Assembly (NCBI GenBank): GCA_035686365.1
Contig: DASRZM010000119.1
Span: 4,211-68,210, forward strand
DNA: 64,000 nt
From: Lysobacteraceae bacterium
GTDB taxonomy: Bacteria; Pseudomonadota; Gammaproteobacteria; Xanthomonadales; Xanthomonadaceae
Direction: 5' to 3'
A model generated the notes under the pieces. It saw nothing but the letters and a program-made list of their open reading frames with translations, was not told where the DNA came from and did no database searches. A program made the translations under genes and the position numbers. Below are positions 24,151 through 33,355 of this stretch, piece after piece (positions within the stretch are counted from its first letter, which is position 1; the number at the start of each line of letters is the position of its first letter).

Positions 24151-25499
24151 GCACGCCTGCCACCGCCGACCGCCGCGCGCCCAGCCCGTTCGCCGAGGCG
24201 ATGCAGCGGGGCTTCGACCCCGCTCGGGCCCCTGGCGGCCACCTGCACTGGCTGCGCGATGCACGCGGCGCGCACCTTGCCGCCTTCCTGCGCGACGGGC
24301 TGCCCGGGCCGCGCGAGGAGGCCTGGCGTTATACGCCGTTGCGCGCGCTCGAGCGCAGGGCTTTCGCACCCTCGGACCCCGAGGCCGCGACGCGGGTGAT
24401 TGCCGGCGATGCACCCGGAGCGCGGCTGGGCTCGATCCGGCTGTGCTTCGTCAACGGCGCACTGCGACCGGAGTTGTCCGACCCGCTGGGGTCGCTTCCG
24501 GAAGGACTGGGCGTGGAGCCGCTGTCCGCGGCGCTGTCGGGACCCCGTCCGCCCGGGTCCCCGCGGCTGCTGTTCCTCGGACGCCGCTACGAGCATCCGG
24601 CCGATGCCTTTGCGCGCCTGAACACGGCGCTGGCCGTCGATGGCGCGTTGATCCACGTGGCTGCGGGTGCACGCATCGAAGCCACGCTGGAACTGGTGTT
24701 CATCGGCGCCGGCACCGGGACACCGACGTCGTGGCACCTGCGCAACCTCGTGGAACTGGCGGCCGATGCCCGGCTGGACCTGATCGAGCGGCACGTGTCG
24801 ATCGATGGCGCCGACGCCCTGGGCAACGTACTCACGCACATCCACGTGGCACGCGGGGCGCGGCTGCGGCACGTGCGCGTGCAGGAGTGCGACGATGCCG
24901 CCCGGCTGTTCGCGCGCACCGAAGCCGCGGTCGCCGGCGAGGGGCTGTACGAGCCGCTGTCTCTGGAACTGGGCGCTGCGCTTTCGCGCCACGAACTGAA
25001 CGTGGACCTGCAGGGCAGGGGCGCATCGGTGCTCACGCGCGGGGCGATGCTGTTGCACGGCCGGCGCCTGTGCGACACCCGGCTTTCGATCCGGCACCTG
25101 GCGCCCGGGACGACGTCGGACACGCTGTGGCGGGCGATCGCCGAGGACCGCGGCCGCGCCGCCTTCCATGGCGGGATCACGATCGCCGAGGGCGCCGACG
25201 GGTCCGACGCGGCGCTCACCACCCGCAGCCTGCTGCTTTCGGATTCGGCGGAGATCGACGCCCAGCCGGTGCTGGAGATCCACGCCGACGAGGTCAAGGC
25301 CAGCCATGGCGCGACGGTCGGCCAACTGGATCCTGCAGCGATGTTCTACCTGCGCGCGCGCGGCGTGCCCAGGGAGCAGTCGCGCGCGATGCTGACCTTC
25401 GCGTTCTGCCGCGAGGTCGTGGACGTACTCGAGGACGCAAGCCTGCGCGAGGCGCTGGCCGAACGCCTGCGGGCACGGGTGCCGGGAGCCGGGCCATGA
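24147..25499 (+). CDS. sufD: Fe-S cluster assembly protein SufD
   Basis: ATGA overlap with sufC. C-terminal ..EIDAQPVLEIHADEVKASHGATVGQLDPAAMFYLRARGV.. is typical of SufD. Confidence 0.9.
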
Positions 25500-26746
25500 G
25501 CACGGTCGTTCCGGCAGGCGCCACCGGGCGCGCGTTGGATCCGCTGGCGCTGCGCGCGGACTTCCCGATCTTCGCCCGCCGCATCCACGGCAAGCCGCTG
25601 GTGTACCTGGACAGCGCCAACACCGCGCAGCGGCCGCGCGCCGTGATCGATGCGGTCACGGACTACTACAGCGCGCACAACGCCAACGTCGCCCGTGCCG
25701 TCCATACCCTGGGTGCCGAGGCGACCGAGCTTTACGAAACGGCGCGCAAGAAGCTGGCCGCCTTCGTCGGTGTGCCGCGCCAGGAGCTGGTGTTCACCTC
25801 CGGCACCACCCAGGCGATCAACACGGTGGCCTACAGCTACGCGCTGCCGCGGCTGCGGCCCGGCGACGCGATCGTGGTCACGCAGATGGAGCACCACGCC
25901 AACATCGTGCCCTGGCAGCTGGTGTGCGAGCGCACCGGCGCGCAGCTGCGCGTGGCGCCGATCACCGGATCGGGCGAACTGATCCTGGAGCGCCTGTACG
26001 CGCTGCTGACGCCGGAAGTGAAGCTGCTGGCGCTGATGCACGTGTCCAACGTGCTGGGCACCGTCAATCCGGTCCGCCAGATCTGCCGGGAGGCGAAGCG
26101 GCGCGGCATCCCGGTGCTGGTCGACGGCTCCCAGGCGGTGCCGCACATGCCGGTGGAAATCCCGCGGCTGGGCTGCGACTTCTATGCGCTCACGGGCCAC
26201 AAGATGTTCGGTCCGACCGGCACCGGCGCGCTGTGGGCGCGGGCCATGCATCTGGAATCGATGCCGCCGTTCTTCGGCGGTGGCGAAATGATCGAGCAGG
26301 TGCGCTTTGACGGCACCGTGTTCGCGAAGCCGCCGCACAAGTTCGAGGCCGGCACCCCGAACATCGCCGGATTCATCGGACTGGCGGCGGCGATCGATTA
26401 CCTGCAGGGCGTGGGAATGGATCGCATTGCTGCCTATGAGGCGGGGCTGCGCGATTACGCGGCGCAGGCGCTGGCGGCGGTGCCCGGCATCCGCCTGTTC
26501 GGCACCGCCGAGGGCAAGGCGCCGGTATTCTCGTTCCTGATCGAGGGTGCGCATGCGCACGATCTGGCGACGCTGCTGGACCTGGAGGGGATCGCGGTGC
26601 GGTCCGGGCACCACTGCGCGCATCCGCTGATGCAGTTCTATGGGGTGGCAGCCACCTGTCGCGCTTCGCTGGCGTTCTACAACACGCGCGAGGATGTCGA
26701 TGCACTCGTCGCGGCGATCGGCAGGGTCAGGTGCATGCTGGGGTGA
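25496..26746 (+). CDS. sufS: Cysteine desulfurase SufS (class II)
   Basis: ATGA overlap with sufD. ..ALTGHKMFGPTGTGAL.. (PLP Lys) and ..RSGHHCAHPL.. (catalytic Cys). Confidence 0.92.
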   Translation: MSTVVPAGATGRALDPLALRADFPIFARRIHGKPLVYLDSANTAQRPRAVIDAVTDYYSAHNANVARAVHTLGAEATELYETARKKLAAFVGVPRQELVFTSGTTQAINTVAYSYALPRLRPGDAIVVTQMEHHANIVPWQLVCERTGAQLRVAPITGSGELILERLYALLTPEVKLLALMHVSNVLGTVNPVRQICREAKRRGIPVLVDGSQAVPHMPVEIPRLGCDFYALTGHKMFGPTGTGALWARAMHLESMPPFFGGGEMIEQVRFDGTVFAKPPHKFEAGTPNIAGFIGLAAAIDYLQGVGMDRIAAYEAGLRDYAAQALAAVPGIRLFGTAEGKAPVFSFLIEGAHAHDLATLLDLEGIAVRSGHHCAHPLMQFYGVAATCRASLAFYNTREDVDALVAAIGRVRCMLG

Positions 26747-26798
26747 TCGGCACTTGGCTCGAGGCGGGTCGCATGATCGGCTCCGCGCACTGTCGCAT

Positions 26799-27045
26799 CG
26801 ATGGCACATCCGCTCCGTAGGCCGGCCCGCGAGCCGGTGACGGTTTCCGGGGCCGCCATAAGTACATCCCTGTAGGCTGCGGACGCGCCATCCCTGGCGC
26901 GTACGCCCCCGGAAACCGTCCCCGCCCCGCGGTCCTCACGCTTCCGTTTCGTATCGTCATCGCGCTGTAGGAGCCGGCGTTGCCGGCGATCCGCACTGTG
27001 ACAACACCCCGTCAATGCGCGTGGGAGCGGCCCATGGCCGCGATC
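26799..27045 (+). repeat. REP mosaic copy B (reference copy): four GTAG/GTGG-headed palindromes in fixed order
   Basis: Modules in order: cgTAGGccggcccgcgagccgg; the stem gacggtttccggggc...gcccccggaaaccgtc enclosing tgTAGGctgcggacgcgccatccctggcgcgt; a linker; tgTAGGagccggcgttgccggc; cgTGGGagcggcccatggccgc. Confidence 0.9.
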
Positions 27046-27087
27046 GGGGCGCGACACGGTTCGGGTCCGATCGATTAGCATTCGCGC

Positions 27088-27630
27088 ATGCCCGAAACCA
27101 CGCCACTGAGTTTCCGCCTGGCCGGCGAAGCCGACATCGATGCCGTCGTTGCGCTGGTCGAATCGGCCTATCGCGGGGAGGTGAGTCGCCGGGGCTGGAC
27201 CACCGAGGCCGACCTGCTGGACGGGCGGCGCACCGGGCGCGACGAGATCGAGGCGCTGATGAGGGCGCCTGGCAGCGACTTCTTGCTGGCCGAGCGCGGC
27301 GGCGAGGCAGTTGCCAGCGCGCATGTGCAGCGGTGCGGGGAACACGCGTGGTTCGGCATGTTCGCGGTCCGCCCGACGCTGCAGGGCAGCGGCGTGGGCC
27401 GCGCGTTGCTGGTCGAGGCCGAGCGCCTTGCGCGCGTGGAGTGGAGTTGTTCGGAGATGCGCATGACGGTGATTTCGGTGCGCGAGGAGCTGATCGCCTG
27501 GTACCTGCGGCGCGGCTACCGCCGAACCGGTCAGTACGAGCCGTTTCCGTATGGCGACGAGCGCTTCGGCATCCCGCGTCGCGACGATCTGAAATTCGAG
27601 CTGCTGGTCAAGCCACTGGAGGCTGGATGA
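27088..27630 (+). CDS. GNAT family N-acetyltransferase
   Basis: 180 aa with the acetyl-CoA motif VRPTLQGSGVGRALL. Confidence 0.8.
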   Translation: MPETTPLSFRLAGEADIDAVVALVESAYRGEVSRRGWTTEADLLDGRRTGRDEIEALMRAPGSDFLLAERGGEAVASAHVQRCGEHAWFGMFAVRPTLQGSGVGRALLVEAERLARVEWSCSEMRMTVISVREELIAWYLRRGYRRTGQYEPFPYGDERFGIPRRDDLKFELLVKPLEAG

Positions 27631-27962
27631 GCACCGCGCAGGAGCTGGCCGGCTGGGTGCGCGTATGTGCCGAGCACGAACTGGCCGAGGGAGACTTCCG
27701 CGTGGTCTTCGACGGCGACACGGCGATCGCGGTGTTTCGCTGCGAAGGTGGGCTGCACGCGGTGGAGGACGTGTGCACGCACGACGGCGCCGAGCTCGCC
27801 GGCGGCCCGGTCGAGGGCTGCGTGGTCGAGTGCCCGCGCCATGGCGCCCGCTTCGACCTGCGCACCGGCGCGGTGCTGGCGCCGCCGGCCTGTCTGCCCA
27901 TTGCGGTGTTTCCCCTGCGCGTCCACGACGGCACGATCTATACGCGCGACGACCGCGACTGA
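27627..27962 (+). CDS. Rieske [2Fe-2S] ferredoxin-like protein
   Basis: Internal start MSTAQELAG... CTHDGAEL...CPRHGARF (CxH...CxxH). ATGA overlap with the GNAT gene. Confidence 0.85.
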   Translation: MSTAQELAGWVRVCAEHELAEGDFRVVFDGDTAIAVFRCEGGLHAVEDVCTHDGAELAGGPVEGCVVECPRHGARFDLRTGAVLAPPACLPIAVFPLRVHDGTIYTRDDRD

Positions 27963-27971
27963 GCATCGCCG

Positions 27972-28000
27972 ACGGTCCGGCGCGGTGTGCGACGGACCGT
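27972..28000. terminator. Candidate bidirectional hairpin between convergent genes
   Basis: acggtccg - 13 nt - cggaccgt, followed by ggaatttcgg. It lies between the Rieske (+) and transporter (-) stops. There is no long T tract, so support is weak. Confidence 0.3.
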
Positions 28001-28094
28001 GGAATTTCGGGACAGGTTCGGAGATTCGCGCGCTAGGGATGGCGTGCCAGCAGATCGGTTACAAGAGTGCGCGAATCCGGACGAGTCCGGACCG

Positions 28095-29492
28095 TCACCA
28101 GACCGGCGCGTACGTGACCAGCAGCGCCGTGAGGCCGTACAGCAGCACGAACGGCAGCACCAGGTATCCCATCACGTCGCGCGCGTGGATGGCGACGCCG
28201 GCGCCCATGATAGGGAGCACGATCAGCAGGAAGAAGGGCTGCAGCAGGTTGGTGGAGGTCTCGCCGTAGGCGACCGCCATGGCGATGCGTGCGACGAACG
28301 CCTGGCGCTCGGCCTCGGGCAGGCCGGCGGCCAGACCCAGTGCCGCTTCGGTCAGTGACGGTCCCACCACCGCCCATTCCCCGCCGGCCGATGGAATCGC
28401 GAAATTGACCAGCGCACCGCAGAACTGCGCGATCACCGGGAGCGTGGTCAGGGTCGCGCCACCGGCCAGCCATTCCGAGGTCAGGGTGCCGAGCCCCGAG
28501 AACATCATGATGCCCATGATCCCGGCGTAGAACGGGTACTGGAACACGATGCCGGAAATGTTGGTGCAGGCGCGCTTCATCGCGACCACGTAGCGCATCG
28601 GCGTGCGGTGGGCCATCAGGCCCAGCGCGAGGAACAGGAAGATCATGATGTTCAGGTCCAGATCGAAACCGCTGGACCAGAAGTGGCGCACGACGTACCA
28701 CAGCGCTGCCAGCGCGATGAGCAGCTGCAGCCACGGGCCGTTGTTCAGGCGGTCCGAGACGCTGGACCCGTCGAGTCGATGGCTCTCGGCTTCTTCCTTG
28801 ACGCTGCCGTGGGGCTGCTCGTCCGGGCTGCACAGGTCCTGGAGCGTCCGGGTTGCATGCGCCGCCGGCCGGATCCACCACATCAGCACCGGGATCACCA
28901 GGAAGTAGAGCGCGATGTAGAACGCGTTCATCGGGCTCCCGAGCGTGGTCGACGCCGGCAATGTGCGGTCGAGCACGCCGGACTCGATCAGGAAGTTGCC
29001 CTCGGTGTTGAGCAGCAGGGGAATCGAGCTCGACAGACCGGAAACCCAGGGCTGGCTGGACAGATACACGCAGGCGACCAGGTAAGCGTAATCGACGCCT
29101 TCCACCCGCCGTGCCAGCTCGCGCGCCAGCACGGCCGCCAGCACGACCCAGCCCCAGCTGACCAGGCTGAACAGTCCGCCGGCGACCAGCACCAGCACAT
29201 AGACCGCGCCGGGCGTCCGCGCCAGGCCGGTCAGGCGGTCCAGGGTCCGGGCGACGACCGGAGACAGCGCGATGGCATAGCCGGTGGTCAGGATCAGCAC
29301 CATCTGCATCCCGAACTCCAGCAGCATCCAGAATCCGCGGTACCAGTGCGCGGTCAGTTCGTTGAAGCCGGATCCGGTGAGCGCGTAGGCCAGCGCACCG
29401 GTCAGCAGGGTCAGGACCAGCGCGAAGACAAAGGGCTCCGGAATCCAGCGACGCAGGTGATGCGCCAGGAAGCTGCCCACCGAATCGGTCAT
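28095..29492 (-). CDS. Short-chain fatty acid transporter (AtoE family)
   Basis: 465 aa, polytopic. The N-terminus ..RWIPEPFVFALVLTLLT.. and overall pattern fit the AtoE/TIGR00366-type family. Confidence 0.8.
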   Translation of the reverse strand: MTDSVGSFLAHHLRRWIPEPFVFALVLTLLTGALAYALTGSGFNELTAHWYRGFWMLLEFGMQMVLILTTGYAIALSPVVARTLDRLTGLARTPGAVYVLVLVAGGLFSLVSWGWVVLAAVLARELARRVEGVDYAYLVACVYLSSQPWVSGLSSSIPLLLNTEGNFLIESGVLDRTLPASTTLGSPMNAFYIALYFLVIPVLMWWIRPAAHATRTLQDLCSPDEQPHGSVKEEAESHRLDGSSVSDRLNNGPWLQLLIALAALWYVVRHFWSSGFDLDLNIMIFLFLALGLMAHRTPMRYVVAMKRACTNISGIVFQYPFYAGIMGIMMFSGLGTLTSEWLAGGATLTTLPVIAQFCGALVNFAIPSAGGEWAVVGPSLTEAALGLAAGLPEAERQAFVARIAMAVAYGETSTNLLQPFFLLIVLPIMGAGVAIHARDVMGYLVLPFVLLYGLTALLVTYAPVW

Positions 29493-29551
29493 GTGCGAGT
29501 GCCCCTCAGAAGAAAGGTCCGATCAGGCCCATCCGGAACCCGTTGCGCACC

Positions 29552-30139
29552 CTACAGGGTTTCGCGGCGGCAGATCCTCGCAAGCAGGATCTCGCCGCCG
29601 CCATCGAGTATGCAGCGGGTCGGCGCGCTGGGCTCCGGAACCAGCAGGCAGGCGTCGCCGGCTTCTGCCGGCGGTTCCCCGGGCCGGTCCTTGAACACCG
29701 CATGACCTTGCAGCACGAAGAACAGCCAGCGCACGTCCTGCTCTGGGAAGAACACCATCGGTCCGACCAGCGGCCGGTGCAGCACCTGCGCCTGGACGGC
29801 ATCGCGGCGCCAGATCAGGTTGAACACCTCGGTGCGGCTTTCCACGACCGCGTCCGGAGCCAGTTCTCCCGGAAAATCCGCGCGCCCATGCGGCGGTGCC
29901 AGCTGCTGCAGGGAGCCGTCCGCGAAGATCAGTCGCAGCCCATCGCCGCCCAGCAGCACCAGTGCGCGGTCGCATCCCGGATACTCCGAAAAGGTGCAAT
30001 CGGCGTCGATTTCGGCCACCGAGGCGCGCCACAGCCAGGCCTCCCCGGTGGGCTCGCGCAGGATCTCGCGGGTCCAGCCCAGGCCGTTACGCCAGCGCTC
30101 GCGCCGGTGCTCATTGGCGGGCAGCCGTCGCGCCTGCAT
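29552..30139 (-). CDS. HutD/Ves family protein
   Basis: Internal start MQARRLPANEHRRERWRNGLGWTREIL (the W-x-N-G-x-G-x-T-x-E-I signature of HutD). It overlaps the upstream SET gene by 29 nt. Confidence 0.72.
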   Translation of the reverse strand: MQARRLPANEHRRERWRNGLGWTREILREPTGEAWLWRASVAEIDADCTFSEYPGCDRALVLLGGDGLRLIFADGSLQQLAPPHGRADFPGELAPDAVVESRTEVFNLIWRRDAVQAQVLHRPLVGPMVFFPEQDVRWLFFVLQGHAVFKDRPGEPPAEAGDACLLVPEPSAPTRCILDGGGEILLARICRRETL

Positions 30140-30605
30140 CGGTGCTCCGCAGCAGTGCTGCCAGATCCTGCGTGGACCGGCGCAGGCTCTCGGCCCAGGG
30201 CCAGCCGATGATTTCCTCGCCCGTGGGTGCGTCCCGATACGGCTCGCGCTGGTTCTCGCCCAGCAGGTGGCGGTAGTCGACGGTGACCTCGGTTCCAGCC
30301 GGCAGGTCGGCGGCGGCAAACACGAAGCCCAGGTGCCACAAGCCCGTCGGCGCGAAACTGTGGTTGAGGTGGCATTCGGGAGGCCAGTCCGGGCTCAGCG
30401 TGTAGAAGTCCTCGAACCAGCGCGCTGCAGTCGCCCACGCGGCGTCCGGCTGCGGCATCGCGTGGATCTGCGCGGCGCGGTACACGGTGTCGATGGCATC
30501 CGGTGCCACCACAACCCGGCCGGCAGCCACCGGCTCGTCCAGGAACAGCCCCTTGCCTGCACCTTCGATCCGCGACGGGGCAATGCGGTGACGCGGGAGG
30601 ACCAT
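30111..30605 (-). CDS. SET domain-containing protein (divergent)
   Basis: IEGAGKGLFLDEPVAAGRVV (GxG N-SET), CHLNHSFAPTG (NHS motif), GTEVTVDY (ELxxDY-like). Confidence 0.62.
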   Translation of the reverse strand: MVLPRHRIAPSRIEGAGKGLFLDEPVAAGRVVVAPDAIDTVYRAAQIHAMPQPDAAWATAARWFEDFYTLSPDWPPECHLNHSFAPTGLWHLGFVFAAADLPAGTEVTVDYRHLLGENQREPYRDAPTGEEIIGWPWAESLRRSTQDLAALLRSTDAGATAARQ

Positions 30606-30731
30606 GCGGTTCGCCGTGCAGCCGGGGCCTCACAGTCTAGCGCCACGCCGGGATCCGGCCGACGGCGCCGGTCGCTGCCGACCGGGCCGGGCGAGCCCGG
30701 AATGCCCGGCCCGGACCATTGGCCGATCGAA

Positions 30732-30789
30732 AGGGCCCCTCGCCGCCCGGCGGCTCCGGGGGTTTGGCCGTCGGACGACGAGGGGCCCT
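30732..30789 (-). terminator. Candidate terminator hairpin downstream of the comEA-like gene
   Basis: Perfect 11-bp arms agggcccctcg / cgaggggccct separated by 36 nt, 42 nt past the stop. No clear U tract. Confidence 0.3.
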
Positions 30790-30830
30790 GGAGGGACGTG
30801 CCGGGGGAACTCGCGCCCGGCGCCCCATGC

Positions 30831-31124
30831 CTATTGCTGCGACGAGGGAGCGGATCCTCCCAACGCGATCCGGTCGCGGTTCTTCTCGACCGTCTTCAGG
30901 CCGATGCCCTTGACCTCGACCAGCTGGTCGGCGCTGCGGAACGGGCCGTGCGCCTCGCGCCAGGCGACGATCGCCTCGGCCTTGGACAGGCCCACGCCGT
31001 TCAGGGTCTGGGCGATCTGGGCGGCATCGGCGCTGTTGATGTCGACGCGATCCGCCGCGAGGGCGGCGCCGGCCAGCGCCAGCGAAAGGACGAGGGACTG
31101 CAGCAGCATTCGGAACGAGTTCAT
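30831..31124 (-). CDS. ComEA-family helix-hairpin-helix DNA-binding protein (secreted)
   Basis: Internal start MNSFRMLLQSLVLSLALAGAALAADRVDINSADAAQIAQTLNGVGLSKAEAIV...VKGIGLKTVEKN. Confidence 0.8.
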   Translation of the reverse strand: MNSFRMLLQSLVLSLALAGAALAADRVDINSADAAQIAQTLNGVGLSKAEAIVAWREAHGPFRSADQLVEVKGIGLKTVEKNRDRIALGGSAPSSQQ

Positions 31125-31360
31125 GGACTTCTCCTGGATGGTGGTCGCGGCATCGGGTGACGCCGGCGGAATCCATCGTGGCGGCAGGACGGGCGCGCCG
31201 GCATCGACCAAAGGCGGTTTGCGGGGTCGTCCCTGCGCCCGCGCGCGTGTCGGCAATTGGATTACAGGAGCCCCGCACGCGCCGGCGGGCGCGCCCTCGA
31301 AACGGCGCCTTCGCCACCGGACTGTTAAACTCTGCGCCGTTTTTGCCGCCGGGATCACCG

Positions 31361-32839
31361 ATGGACAGCCCCAACGCCGAACGCTTCATCGCCGGGATCT
31401 GGGACGACGAGATCGTCCCGCAGCTCACCGAGTACATCCGGATCCCGAACAAGTCGCCAATGTTCGACGCCAAGTGGGCCGAGCACGGCTACATGGACGA
31501 TGCGGTGAAGCTGATGGAGGGCTGGGCGCGTGCGCAGCCGATCACGGGCATGACCGTGGAGGTGGTGCGCCTGCCCGGCCGGACGCCGCTGATCTTCATC
31601 GACATCCCCGGCCAGGGTGAGGACTGCGTGCTGCTGTACGGTCACCTGGACAAGCAGCCGGAGATGACCGGCTGGGCCGACGACCTGGGCCCCTGGAAGC
31701 CGGTCCTGCGCGACGGCAAGCTGTACGGACGTGGCGGCGCCGACGACGGCTACGCGATCTTCGGCTCGCTGGCCGCGATCATGGCGCTGCAGCAACAGAA
31801 GATTCCGCACAGCCGCTGCGTGGTCATCATCGAGGGCTGCGAGGAGTCCGGGAGCTACGACCTGCCGTACTACGTGGACCATCTGGCCGACCGCATCGGC
31901 AGCCCTTCGCTGGTGGTGTGCCTGGACTCGGGCTGCGGCAACTACGACCAGCTCTGGTGCACGACCTCGCTGCGCGGAATGAGCGGTGGCAGTCTCACCG
32001 TTTCGGTCCTCGGGGAGGGGGTCCACTCCGGGGACGCCTCCGGCATCGTGCCCTCCAGCTTCCGCGTGCTGCGGCAGCTGCTCTCGCGCATCGAGGACGC
32101 GGCGACCGGACGCATCCAGCTGGAGGAACTGTTCGCCGAAATCCCTCCCGGGCGCCTGGAGCAGGCGCGCGCCGCCGCGCAGGTGCTCGGCGATGCGGTC
32201 TGGGACAAGTTTCCGTTCCTGCCCGGCATGCGACCGATGCACGCGGACAACACCGAGCTGGTACTCAACCGCACCTGGCGCCCCGCGCTCTCGATCACCG
32301 GCCTGGAGGGTGCGCCGGCGCTGGACAACGCCGGCAACGTGCTGCGACCGCACACGTCGGCGAAGCTGTCCCTGCGCCTGCCGCCGACCGTCGACGCGGC
32401 GAGTGCCGGCGAAGTCCTCAAGCGCACGCTGCTGGAGGATCCGCCGTACGGTGCCCGGATCGAGTTTGCGCAGGAGAAGTCCGCCAGCGGCTGGAATGCT
32501 CCGGCGATGGCGCCCTGGCTGGAGACGGCGATCGGCAAGGCGTCCATGGAATTCTTCGGCAAGCCGCCGGTGTACATGGGCGAGGGCGGGACGATTCCGT
32601 TCATGGGCATGCTCGGGGAGAAGTTTCCCGGGGCCCAGTTCGTCATCACCGGCGTGCTTGGTCCGCACTCCAATGCACACGGTCCCAACGAGTTCCTGCA
32701 CATCGCCACGGGCAAGCGTGTCACGGCATCGGTTGCGCGGGTCCTGGCGGAGCACTTCCAGGCCAGCGGGCGCGGCGAGACCGCCGGAGTCGCCGTACAG
32801 GCGGGTGGCGGCGCACACGGCGATCATGGTTGCTGCTGA
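31361..32839 (+). CDS. M20 family metallopeptidase (dipeptidase-like)
   Basis: Internal start MDSPNAERFIAGIWDDEIVPQL... GHLDKQP, YGRGGADDGY, EGCEESGS. Confidence 0.85.
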   Translation: MDSPNAERFIAGIWDDEIVPQLTEYIRIPNKSPMFDAKWAEHGYMDDAVKLMEGWARAQPITGMTVEVVRLPGRTPLIFIDIPGQGEDCVLLYGHLDKQPEMTGWADDLGPWKPVLRDGKLYGRGGADDGYAIFGSLAAIMALQQQKIPHSRCVVIIEGCEESGSYDLPYYVDHLADRIGSPSLVVCLDSGCGNYDQLWCTTSLRGMSGGSLTVSVLGEGVHSGDASGIVPSSFRVLRQLLSRIEDAATGRIQLEELFAEIPPGRLEQARAAAQVLGDAVWDKFPFLPGMRPMHADNTELVLNRTWRPALSITGLEGAPALDNAGNVLRPHTSAKLSLRLPPTVDAASAGEVLKRTLLEDPPYGARIEFAQEKSASGWNAPAMAPWLETAIGKASMEFFGKPPVYMGEGGTIPFMGMLGEKFPGAQFVITGVLGPHSNAHGPNEFLHIATGKRVTASVARVLAEHFQASGRGETAGVAVQAGGGAHGDHGCC

Positions 32840-32896
32840 TTCACGCTGCGTGGACGTGGCGTCGCGTAATTCGTCGCGCCGCCCGCTCGAGCGATC

Positions 32897-33349
32897 ATGA
32901 CCCGGTCGACAGCCATGGTTTCCGCAACCCTCGCCAGCCTGGCCCTGTTGCTCGCGTGCGCTCCAGGTGCGCCCGAGCCGGAGCCGTACGCGCCGGAACC
33001 GCCACCGGAGCGTGCGGCCGTACCCACCCACCTGATCGGCGTGCGTTGGCTGCTGGTGGACGGCCTGGGCGGGCTCGAGGACCAGGTCGAGATCTCCCTG
33101 TCGTTCGAGGCCGACCGCATCCAGGGCAATGGCGGCTGCAATGCCTACAGCGCCGACTATGCCTTCGATCGGGGTGCACTGGAGGTCGGGCCGATTGCCG
33201 CGACCAAGCGCGGCTGTCCGGACCCGGTCGGGGCGGCCGAGCAGCAGTACTTCCAGGCCCTGGGCGGCGCGCGCAGCGTGCAGGCGCAGGACGGAACCCT
33301 CAGGATCGAGACCGGCGCCGGCGTCCTGGTCTACCAGCCCCGCAGCTGA
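32897..33349 (+). CDS. META domain lipoprotein (HslJ-like)
   Basis: Lipobox LALLLAC. GNGGCNAYSADY and TKRGC fit the META domain pattern. Confidence 0.72.
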   Translation: MTRSTAMVSATLASLALLLACAPGAPEPEPYAPEPPPERAAVPTHLIGVRWLLVDGLGGLEDQVEISLSFEADRIQGNGGCNAYSADYAFDRGALEVGPIAATKRGCPDPVGAAEQQYFQALGGARSVQAQDGTLRIETGAGVLVYQPRS

Positions 33350-33355
33350 CCGGGG

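Noticed and set aside
26727-26996. A recurrent peptide (..GRFPGAYAPGMARPQPTGMYL.RPRKPSP.RGP.YGA..) encoded on the minus strand of every REP mosaic copy. See track ORFs 26727..26996, 37419..37850, 45673..46083 and part of 55286..57037.
   Set aside because: The similarity is fully explained by about 90 percent nucleotide identity of the repeats. The ORFs have different starts and ends in each copy, and the region is made of palindromes. There is no Shine-Dalgarno sequence and no sign of synonymous-biased substitution. I treat it as non-coding repeat sequence.
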